Shown here one piece after another: positions 37,500 to 48,002 of a DNA stretch of 64,000 bases (positions within the stretch are counted from its first letter, which is position 1; every line of letters begins with the position of its first letter). The notes beneath the pieces are model-generated. The model had not been told where the DNA came from. It did not search any database and saw only the letters and a list, made by a program, of their open reading frames with translations. A program made the position numbers and the translations under genes. The stretch covers positions 248,001 through 312,000 of the forward strand of contig OZ218964.1 in assembly GCA_965112735.1 (NCBI GenBank). The letters run 5' to 3'. The DNA is from Phaeosaccion multiseriatum. Lineage: Eukaryota > Protista > Ochrophyta, other classes.

Positions 37500-38491
37500 C
37501 TAGTATCTCCGACACCCTATCCGACTCCTGCACGTTCGGCCGGATGTACCGCATGAACGCCTTGCTCTTCCACCTCCCTTCCACTTGAATCGTCGAATCT
37601 GACGCCCCCCTTGCTGCTAGTGTCGTTGCACCCCCAACACGAAAGGAATGCAGCGCATATCCTAAGGGATCAAGTCCCAAGGCCGACACTACCCTCCTCA
37701 TCTCCTTCGAGACCTCCGTCCGTTTGAAGCACGTCCAGCCGCCCTTACCCCACCACGCTGACAGTGGCAGCGTGCCCGTGACCTGACCCCTCCCTTCACC
37801 TTCGTCCTGTAAGTCCAAGACGCGTCCAATGCCCCTTTTCCCTTGTCCACTCGCCTCCTACACAGCACCGCTCCCACCCTCATCTGATCGCCCTTTGACC
37901 CTTTGAATCGTATCTCCACCCTGTCCGCCATGTGCCGGTACTTCAGCGTGACTCTGCAGCTCCCCTTGAAGAAGTGGAGATCCTCTCGCGTCAGACCAAA
38001 GGTTGGATGGACCTTCCCCGTTTCATCGTAACCCCACAGTTCACTTGCACGTAGCAGCAAGAAGTAGGATAGACCCATACCACACCACATTGCCTCCCCT
38101 CTCACCCCCACACCCACATTCCCCTCCACTGATTGGAGCATGTCCCACGTGAACGGCTGTCGCGCAGTGTTCATCCCCTTGCTCCCCATCCCCTGCTGCC
38201 TCTTCATTCCCTTCTTCGTCGCAGCCACCAGATAATGTGAGGTCGGCAGCTCCACACCCCTCATCATCCGGTGGTAGTACGCCACTCCCCGAGATTTTTG
38301 ATGCCACCGTGTCGACAGCATCTCCCATCTCCGCGAATCGGTATGCAGCGAACGCCGAGACAATCTCAGCTGCACGACCTTCGTCCTCATTCTTCTCAAT
38401 CCACACCCCCATCCCCACCGCTTCACAGTACTTCACCCACGCCCTCCAATGTGACGTATATGCTCCTTGAGACCCTGGCGCAATTGCTGCT
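37500..38491 (-). pseudogene. Tyrosine recombinase of the DIRS-order element, frameshifted twice (~38288 and ~37820) and 5'-truncated
   Basis: YFLLLRASEL (R), FKGSKGDQ (K), HSFRVGGAT (HxxR), GRWKSKAFMRYIR (W,Y), spread over three frames. Confidence 0.9.
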
Positions 38492-38703
38492 CGTGCATTA
38501 GCAGCAATTGCGCCAGGGTCTCAAGGAGCATATACGTCACATTGGAGGGCGTGGGTGAAGTACTGTGAAGCGGTGGGGATGGGGGTGTGGATTGAGAAGA
38601 ATGAGGACGAAGGTCGTGCAGCTGAGATTGTCTCGGCGTTCGCTGCATACCGATTCGCGGAGATGGGAGATGCTGTCGACACGGTGGCATCAAAAATCTC
38701 GGG
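38288..38703. repeat. 204-bp inverted repeat with 8-nt spacer
   Basis: 38288-38491 is the reverse complement of 38500-38703, loop CGTGCATT. Mirror-image ORFs appear in the ORF track. Confidence 0.95.
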
Positions 38704-38835
38704 AGAAGCATATATTGACTTAAGAGGAATCACCTGAGAAACTGAAACTGAAAGTGTGTGTGTGGGTGTGTGTGTGAGACGAGAGTGTCAAGGTGGGGAG
38801 GAGGGGGGACGCGTGCACGGGAGTGGCGTACTACC

Positions 38836-38903
38836 GACTCCTCACAGATCCGGAGCACCAACACACGCACCTTGATGCCAGAATTCGACCTCGACCTTTT
38901 TTT
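38836..38903. repeat. 68-bp direct repeat, copy 2
   Basis: Matches 36658-36725. Confidence 0.95.
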
Positions 38904-38918
38904 CTTTTTATTTTTTTA

Positions 38919-38983
38919 CATCCATCCATCCATCCATCCATCCATCCATCCATCCATCATCATCCATCCATCCATCCATCCAT

Positions 38984-39019
<36 letters not shown>

Positions 39020-39070
39020 CCATCCATCCATCCATAGCCATTCATCCGTCCCATCCATCCATCCATCCAT

Positions 39071-39106
<36 letters not shown>

Positions 39107-39128
39107 CCATCCCTCCATCCATATCCAT
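38919..39128. repeat. (CATC)n microsatellite
   Basis: Seen directly. It begins right after the stop codon of the neighbouring minus-strand gene. Confidence 0.95.
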
Positions 39129-40085
39129 CTATCTCTTGACGCGTTTGGCAGCCATCTCAGCCTTCCGCTTGGCCAGCGCCTCCGCCGCCTGCTGCTCCCC
39201 CACACTCTTGTCGGGCTTGGTGCTCATCATCTCTCCCGTGTCCTTGTGCTGCCAGTACACCACGCCCGTCAGTCCATCCTTCTTCTCCTCCCAGCCCTTG
39301 GGCAGGTCGGATATACCCAAGTAGTCGTTCTCCGCTGCCTTCGCCTGTGCCTCGGCCATATCCACCGCCATACCGTCCGCCCCAGACATGAGGTCTTGCG
39401 ACGACTTCCGCTGCTTGACGCCGTCGATACCACTTTGCATGGAGTTGATAAGCATGCTGAGCCGCTCCGCCTTTTGCTGGTGCCTCTTCATGCCCCTCCG
39501 GGCCGCCTTGAATCCCTTGGCGAAGTGGAGTTTGCGCGCCACACTCGCCATACGTCCGTACACGCTCTCTGCCACCAGGCGTTGCTCCACGAGTACCGCT
39601 GTGCCGATGACCGCCTGGGAGATCTATGAGCCGAGCATGAGGAGGAGAGTCAGTCATACACATGGCGTGTCATACGTATGCCCGGCCATTATGTGTGAGG
39701 ACCACGCACAAGCAGGGAGGAGGAATGAGGGGGGAGGAGGGAGGGGCAGGGAGTGAAAAGAAGAAAAGGTAAGAATAAAAAAAGCAGCTGCTGACGTTGA
39801 CTTGATCCCAGGGGGGGGGCGCTGAAGCAGAAACCTGCTCCTGTTGCCGTGGCTCCCACCACCAGGGGCTACTGCCAGTCGTGCCACTGAGTTGGGATGC
39901 CTGTACGCCTCCATCACGAGCACCATCCTCTCACCTGGTTGACCAGCAGCCAGCGCTCCAGCCTCCACCGCAGGCGCTCTCTGGGACTGTACACCATGCG
40001 GTACAGCACGAGACAGCCTATCTGGGGGCCGAAGCGCCACACACGGTCAAGGCGAATCTTGTCCGGCTCGACACGGTCCACCTGG

Positions 40086-40124
<39 letters not shown>

Positions 40125-43100
40125 GGGGGGAGAGGGAGGGAGAGAGGGGGGGAGAGGGAGGGATAGAGTGTGTTATAGGGAGAGAGAGAGAGGGAGAGGT
40201 GCAAAGAGAGAGGTGCCGAGTTCAAATCGGGGATGGTCTAACATACACCGTATCAAGAGCAGCCTGCGAGCGAAGCCTGCGCGAGCCTCTCCTCAACTCC
40301 CAAATACTAGGTAAGTAACGTACCACGTATACGACCCCGTGCCTGCCGGCCCTTAGGAAGTGTCCCGGAGCCACTATCTTTGACATGTCGCGGTCGGTGC
40401 GGATGTGGCGGTGGCGGGTCTTGACCGAGTGGTAGCCCGGCAGTCGAACGCCACCGTGCATTGCCTGGTCCTGCAGCTCCGGCAGGGTGCCCATGCGCAG
40501 CCCTGTGGGCAGATTGCCTTTCTTGATGAGCCCCTGCGCCTTCTTCCTCGCCAGGAAGCGGTCCTCCTTGCGCTGCTTGCGCTTGACCCAAAAGTGCCGC
40601 AGCTCCTCCTCGTTCAGGCCCTCCTCGGCCTTGTCCTCCTCCTCCTCTGCCTCCCTCTCCGCCTTCTCCACCTCCTCGCCCTCGTCTTCCCACTGCCACG
40701 CCGAATCTGGCTTGTTAAAGGCAATGTAACGCATCGCCTTGGCCCTTCGCCAGTGCGCCACACGCTTTAGCACCACCTCCTCCCTCTCATCGCTTCGAAG
40801 CACCGGCGCGCGACCGAAGAAGTCCAGCAGTTGGTAGTACTTTCGATGCCGATACTTCTTATCCTCCCTCTTACGTATCCTCCACTTGATGCGCAGCTTC
40901 CTCCTCTGCGCCTTGAGGTACTTGCGCCCCTTGACCCTCCCTTGCCTTGCCCGAAAGCCCCTCTGCATGACTAGGGCCGCGTGGTCCCGCTTCTGCCGGA
41001 AGGCGAGTGCGCGCAGGCGGGCCGCTTCGGCGATGGCCTTGGCGTGGGTGCGCTTGCTGCAAGCGAGGCTGTACTCCATGTGCCTGCGTATGTGAGTGGG
41101 TGCGTGCGTGCGTGCGTGGGTCGGTGGGTGCGTGCGTGCTTGCTTGCGTGAGTATGTGTGCGGATGGGCGCATGTGGGTGCGTACGCGTGCGTATGAATG
41201 TGTAGAGGTGCGCGGGCCCGAGGGATGAGGAGGCATATGGCATATGGAAGCGTACGGGCAAGATGGGGGAGTCCTGGACGGCGGACGGTAGAGCGAAGGG
41301 AGGCACGGAAAGAAAGCGGTCCACAGAGACTCCCACCACACTCCAGAGCTTCGCCTTGGGCGACAGCAAATGAAAAGCACTCCTGTCTTTCCTCCCCCTC
41401 TCCCCCTCTCCCTTCCCCTGCCCTACCCTGCCCTCTCCTCCCGGCCCGCTCCCCTCCCGCTCCCTTCCCCTCTTCTCTCCTCTCCTCCCCTCCCCTCCCC
41501 TCAACACACTCACATGGAGGGTACGTAGTATGGGAGCTTTTCAACGGGATGCCCGGCCTTGTTTCCCCTCTCGTGCACTCGCATGTAGCACCCCGAGCAA
41601 TACACGTCTTCGCACTCGTCGCACAGCCAACGCGCAGCATACTTCTTGCACTCCACACATGACACGACGAGCGGCCGGAAGGAATGATTCCGGCGGCGGC
41701 GCCGTTGACTGCCATACCCCAGAGCCAGGGCGTCGGCACTAGAGGCCGCGAGTTGGCTCGCCACATCGTCCTTGACGGCCGGGTCGAGCTCCGGGTGTTC
41801 GTTAAAGAAGCACACGTCGCAGTAGGGTATGCCGCTGCTCTTGCCCCCCCGGGCGGTGACGCACGTCTCACAGAGCCTTGTGGCCTGCTGGTACTTACAG
41901 ATGGAGCACATGGGGATGAGGTGCATCACGTGGTCGCTCTGTCTCCGCCCCTTGTTGTGCAGCGATTTGAAACAGTCAATGCAGAAGGAGTCCATACACT
42001 GCTCGCACGCCACTTCACAGGGCCTTTCTTCACACGTAGTACACTTGACAATGAACTGAGTGAGCCTGTCCGGCAGATGCATCACATCCGGCACGTCCCC
42101 CCTGCCGAGGAGAGCGGGCTTTTCCCACGAAACCGTATCGGTGCGTGGGTTGCTCCAGTACACGCGATTGGACTCCTTGTCCACAAACTTTTGCAGAATG
42201 TTCCGGGCCAGGGCTTGCACCCGGTGACGGTCGCGATGTCCCCTAAACATCCTCTGCATCGCTGCAGCGCCTCGGTTCTCCACCCGCATGCGCAAAGCTC
42301 TGGTGCAAGTCACGCGCGCCCTCGCGGCTCGCTGCCGTCCCGCGACGCCCCTGGCCAAGGCCTGCACCCTTGTCACAAGCAAGCCCGCATGGCGCAGGAG
42401 GGACTCCTTCTGGTACGCGAGGCTATCACTCGCCGAGTTCGATCGCAAGAACCTGTTCTCCACGAGGGTGAGCAGGCGCGAGTCCTTGGCGCGAAAGTCC
42501 GCAGATCCCTTCCAGCGCTTGACCTCAGGGAAGAGGTTGGCGGCAATGAGGTCAAGTGCCGTTACGAACTCCTCGAAGGTGAGCGTCTTCTCCCCGTGGC
42601 TCTTGCACTTGGCGAAGATCAGATCGGCCTCTGTGCGCGAGAAGCGTACACCCAACACGCCCGGCGAGTCCTGCAAGAGGCGTACGAACTCCGTCCCCCC
42701 GAGACGGTACCACCCCTGCGCGCTGGGGCTCCCCCCCGACGCCTTGCGGAAGATATGTCCAACCACCCCTCCGCTCTTGCCCTTGGGGTTGGACCCTATG
42801 CCAGCCTTGCGGCAGCCGTCCACCAACAACCGATAGCGAAGGCGGGCCATGAGTACACCGAACATGCACCTGGCTGCGACGAGCTGCTCTTCGTCTCTCT
42901 GCTGCTGCGCCACAGCGGCACGGAAGCGTTTGCGACAGAGCCGCCCCCGCCACCGACGCTGGACCCGGATGGCTGGCTTTCGGAACTCTCTCATGTCTCG
43001 CTTGATGGCCGCAAAGTTCCTCCTTGCGCAGTGCCCACGGAACCTTTTCTGAATCACCGTGGCGGCGTAGGCTCTCTGGCGCATGCCGCTGTACTTGAGC

Positions 43101-43972
43101 CGCGCCGCCCTGCCCCTCCACACTGTTTGGAGCTTCGTCGCCCGGAGGTCGTGCCGCCTCGCCTTGCTGATGGTCCGGGCGAGGCTACATTTCCAGGCCA
43201 GCTGAATGGTTTGTGCCGCATTTTCGCGGCGTGCGTTTCCACTCCTTTTGCGCTCCTTGATGATGTCTTTGCGGCGCCGGGTCATCTTGCGCCTGGCTCG
43301 GTACCCGCGGTAGTGCCTCTGAATCACCACCGCCTTGAGGCCGCACTTCTTCTCGTAACGCCACGTCAGCGCCTTCCTCAGGGCGTGCTTTTTGATGGCC
43401 AACACGCGCAGGTCGATCGCAATGGGCACACGTGGCCCCTTTTTGTTCTTGTTCAAGTGCTCGTTTCCGGCGTCCATGTCCCCCGCCAGCCGAGCCCTCG
43501 CTGCCTCAATGGACGACATTGCCTTCTTCTTCTCCTTCACCTCAAGGCGGACGAACATGGGCCTTTCGCCGAAGAACTCCTGCCTGGTCCGGATGAAAGG
43601 GATGGTGAGGAGCCGGGGGAGGGTCGCTTGTTGCGCCTCGATTGAGGCCACCAGGACTCTCTGCAGAGGGAGGAGGAGAGGGAGAGAGAGAGAGAGTGAG
43701 AGAGGTGTTGTTGGGCATTCATTCGGAGAGGTTTCAAATGGCGGCGTGGGATGCGGCGAGGAGTGGGACGTCACAGGAGCTCGGGGAGGGTATAAGTATA
43801 AGTCAAGGCTCTGCTCGCCATGTCAGAGGAGTCGCACTCTCTGCCTCGAGGAGCTCTCCTCCTGTGAGAGGAGCTCGACTCTTTGGCCCTCCGTGGTAAG
43901 GCAAGAAGGAAGAAGATAAGGACGCAGCAGGGTCCTCTTCTGCTTCCCCCTTGTCTCTCTTCTGCCACCCGA

Positions 43973-44007
<35 letters not shown>

Positions 44008-47000
44008 GGGCAGGAGCTAAGCATAGCATTACTGACCTTCTCATTCTGAAAGCGTTTCTCCGTAGCAATGCAGTAGGCCCTGTGCATTCTCCAAAAGGTT
44101 TGTATCTTGAGTGCCGCCCTCTCCTCACAGCCCTGCCCAGCGATGACGTGTGCTCGCATCTGCCCCAGCGTGTGGCGCTGCCCTACCATACGGGCAAAGG
44201 CCTGAAGGCGGATGGCCGCGCGACGCTTCGTCATGATGACCATGGCTCGAAGAAGCTTCATCATTCGTCTAGTGCGCCATATCTGGGGGGCAGAAGGGCA
44301 CACAAGAAGGGAGGGAGGGAGGGAGGGAGGGGGGGCGAGGGAGGGAGGCGGGCGAGTGAGGAGGAGGGCGAGAGAGGGGGGAAGGACAGTGACCGCAGCC
44401 GTAGCTAAGGGCTGAGAAGGAGAAGATTAGGGCAATGGGAAAGCTTGAGAAGCCTTCTCCGGCCTCGTCAGTTTGCGACTTTCTCCTCTCTCTCTCTCTC
44501 CCCCCCCCCCCCCCCCTCTCTCTCTCTCTATACCTCTCACGCTCTCTCGTCCCCCATTCCCAGTAAGCACAACCCTTTGATCGATCTCGTCATCGCCTCC
44601 CACCCACCTGCTGTATGCGTACGGCTGCACCCTCTCTGTAAAAGCGTTGGTGTGTGGCTTGCACATGCGCCTCGAACTCCGCGTACTTGTGGAAAACAGC
44701 GCCAATCTTCCTCATCAGCACCACCCGCCCTCGCGCCTGGTGGCCCCGCACCACCTTCTGGATGCAAGTCGCGGCCCGTGCCTGTCGTCGCCTCTCCTCC
44801 TTCACCCCCTGAAGCCACTTGCGCGCGAAGCACACCCTCCACCCCGACTGAATCACCAGTGCCGCACAACGACTCTCTTGCAGCTGCCCCACGGCCTTGC
44901 GCGCTTGCCTTCCGCGAGCCATTCGGGCGATGCAAGTGGCCGCAGCGACTCTCGGCGGCAGGCGGAGGGCAAGGCGAGCGGCCTCTTGCTCCTTTTGGGA
45001 GACGCGCAGCTTCTTACGGTGTTGCATCTCTTTGCGACAGAGATGGTTGCGAATGGAGCGCTTGAGCACATCGCTGCTCTCTGCCAGGCGCTCTAGTGCC
45101 ATGTCGTCCACACACTCGCGCCACCTCTCCACCCCGAGCCTAAGCTTGTGCAGCACGACCTTGTCGTAGATAGAGGCGATTGCAGCCCGGCGAAGGGTAT
45201 CTCGAAGATTGTGGTGTGCTCTGGTCGTCGTCCCTGCCGTTCCATCACCTCCACCACCTCCACTTGCGCTCTCAGCCCGAGCTTGAGCTGCAGCTGCCGC
45301 TATCCTCGCGACTTGTCTGGTGTCCTCCGCGCTTAGGTTGAAGGCTTTCCTTCGCGTCTCCTCTTCCGCGGCCGCCAGAAGCCGCTGCGTGTAAGACACT
45401 TGCGCGGAGTGCGTGTGGCGATGCTCCCCCTCAGACACTCCGCTGACCTTGATCTTGCTCATGTTACCCTCTTCCTCCCCTCCCCCCTCCCGCGGCTCTC
45501 TGTCGACCTGCCTGCCTCCTCCACCTCTTCGTCCTCCCTCTCCTGCCTCTGCATCACCATATACTGCTACATCACCCAATGCTGCTGCAGCGGCTGGTGA
45601 TGTCGATCCATCTCGTGCCTTCATCGTGCCCCCCCCCCGCCCCGCCCCTCTGCCCACTGACGAAGAGGTCTTGGGCCTCTCTGACGACACGTCTCTTGTA
45701 CGAAGTCGGGACTGTACTCTCGCTCCCCGCTCATGCTCTCCCATCCTTGCCCCTATCCTCGGCTGATGAGGCGTAGAGGTGCCCACCAACGTCAGCCCCA
45801 TGGCCTTGACGAGCTCGATGGGCGGTCTGCTCGTGCTCAGCTGCTGCTGCCCACCCGCCCTCGCCAGTCTCGCCATGGCCCCTCCCTTCTCCAAAAGCTC
45901 TCTTCGCATAGCTGCTTGGGCTGCCTCCTCCCTTCGCTTCTGGTCAGGCCTGGGGATGCTCACTAACCTATCCACGTCCGCCTCCTCTAACCCCGTCTCC
46001 TCGCCTCGAAGCGCGCTGTACAGCCCACCCCTCTGCCCCACCTGGAAGGTCGTAGATGGCACGGCGTCAAGCTGGGCTTCGATCCCTTGGAGACGGCCAA
46101 GATCGTACTCCGAAGGCGGCGGGAGGCGAGAGACGTGCTTGGCCGTGCGAGGAGAGAGGAGACGGAAGCTCGGGTTGGGCCTCGTGGACTGCGTTGCTGC
46201 TACTGCTGCTACTACTGTTGCTGGGGATGATGATGATGACAATGTATCACCAACTGCGACTGGTGCTACTGCTTCTGGAGCTTCTGCTCTTCCTGTTGCT
46301 GGTGGTGCATCGGTGGCACCCGTTATGCTCTCCATGCCGGTCACACTGCCCCACGTTTCTGCTGAGTCCGATCCAAAGTCAGAGAACCACTGAGTAGCGG
46401 AGCCGTTGACGTCATACTCGTGCGACTCGGGTGAATTGAGCTTGCTGCCTTCTCCTGCTACTTCCCTCCGTGATCTTGCATACTGTCGGTGCACCGCTGG
46501 CACCTCGGCTCCTACCTGTAACGCCATCTCTTGATTCGTGCCGGATGGTGAGGTTTGCATGGGCTGTGCACGCATAGCGTACCCTGAAGTGGTGCCAGGC
46601 CTTGGTCTGACAGAGGCTTTGGCGCTAACCCCCCCCCCCTCCCTGCTCTTAGCTCTACGAGTGGAGATTTCTCTCGTGTTCGGCCTCTTTCTCCTTCTCT
46701 TCCCTGTGCCCCTCTGCCCCTGCTGCCCACCCACACGTGCATGACCTGCTCGTGGCTGGGGTTCATTGGCTTCCCGTCGATGACCATCGGCTCCCTGTGC
46801 CCCAGACGGAGACGGCAGCGTGGTCTTGGTCGGTGATGTGAAGCCTGATCTATATCCGGCCACAGCCACATCTCCGCTTCCCGCCGGCAACCCCTTTCCC
46901 CACCTGGTGGGAGAGCTGCGACCTTTGATGCTGCTTCCTACGCTGCTGAGCGGTGAGCCTCCTCCTCCTCCTCCTCCTCCTCCACCTCCTCCTGTTCTCC

Positions 47001-47382
47001 CTGTGCGTGCGAGATCGTGCTGAATCGCATCCCCCTTCAGGTGCAGTGGGTCCGCATCAACCGCAATGTCATGGGGCGAGCCCAACCCTGGCTTGGCTCC
47101 GTCTCTGAGTGAAGCTGGTCTCTTCCAATCTAGCAGAAGATCAGAGTACGAGGTATGATGATTCTCTATCTGGCCAAGACTCCCGACTATGGAAGGCAGT
47201 GACGCCAGGGGCAGGTTCTGCTGCTGGCGCTGCTCTTGCTGGTATTTGCAGAGCCGTTGTTGCCGGTGCTCCACCTCTTCCAGGCTGTAGGGGTCCTCCT
47301 GAGGCAGCTGCAGCAGCAAACTCTCCCGCATGGCTTGCGTAACGTCAAGACCTGTGCGGAAAGACGGCAAGGAGGACACCAC
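39129..47382 (-). CDS. Large multi-exon protein with many IQ motifs, a short p25alpha/TPPP domain, two WW domains and B-box zinc fingers (start uncertain)
   Basis: [33 protein letters not shown] (IQ). [34 protein letters not shown] (p25alpha). [15 protein letters not shown] and [15 protein letters not shown] (WW). Repeated CxxC..CxxC..CxxC..H (B-box). Confidence 0.8.
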
Positions 47383-47924
47383 TCTTCCTTTCCTCGCTCT
47401 TTATGCTATACGCATTGTTCTCATACCCACGCTTTTTGTGTCACATGGCGTGCTGCTTTCGCCCCTGCACATAGACGCAACACGCCCCAGCTACGCAAAA
47501 ACATGAACCCTACAGTTACACTCCGCCGTCGGACAGTCTGAAACGGAAAGGGTGAGTGCGTGAAGTTGTGTAAGGTATGGGACGAAGGCGACAACCGAAG
47601 AGAAATGCTTGTCTCTCGTCTGCTGGGTGGCGGCATCCCGGCACGTTCCCCGCCATTCTCCGTGCCTCTGCGTATCAATCTCTGTAAGGTTTGGTTCATT
47701 ATTATTACACTCATGGCCTGCTCAGGCCACGAGTAAGAGACTAAAAAAAGACTCTGACTCGTCGAGGGAAACCTAGAGACTCACGTCACTCACTCTCACT
47801 CGGAGGGACGGACAGACGTGAGTCACTGTGTATGGATAAAATATATGCTACATCGCACGGGGCGCACGCACGCATGCTGCACCAAAAACAAAAGAATGGA
47901 GAGAACCCACAGCACAGCAGCTCG

Positions 47925-47949
47925 TCATTGAAGGGCGTCCAGTGCCCCG

Positions 47950-48002
<53 letters not shown>

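Larger units (their letters stand above)
36724..38835 (-). mobile_element. 3' fragment of a tyrosine-recombinase (DIRS-order, Ngaro/PAT-like) retroelement with B1-A2-B2 split direct repeats
   Basis: 163-bp direct repeats at 36724-36886 and 37151-37313 enclose a 264-bp unique segment, downstream of a YR coding region. Confidence 0.85.

Noticed and set aside
33861-38491. A single novel element combining a LINE-type RT-RLE with a tyrosine recombinase
   Set aside because: The YR part has its own terminal repeats and A-run between it and the RT, is bracketed by a 68-bp duplication and is frameshifted, while the RT is 5'-truncated. Nested insertion explains this better, unless the same junction is found at other loci.
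47778-47825. 10-bp inverted repeat GACTCACGTC/GACGTGAGTC in an intergenic gap
   Set aside because: Short enough to arise by chance; no TSD or other MITE evidence.
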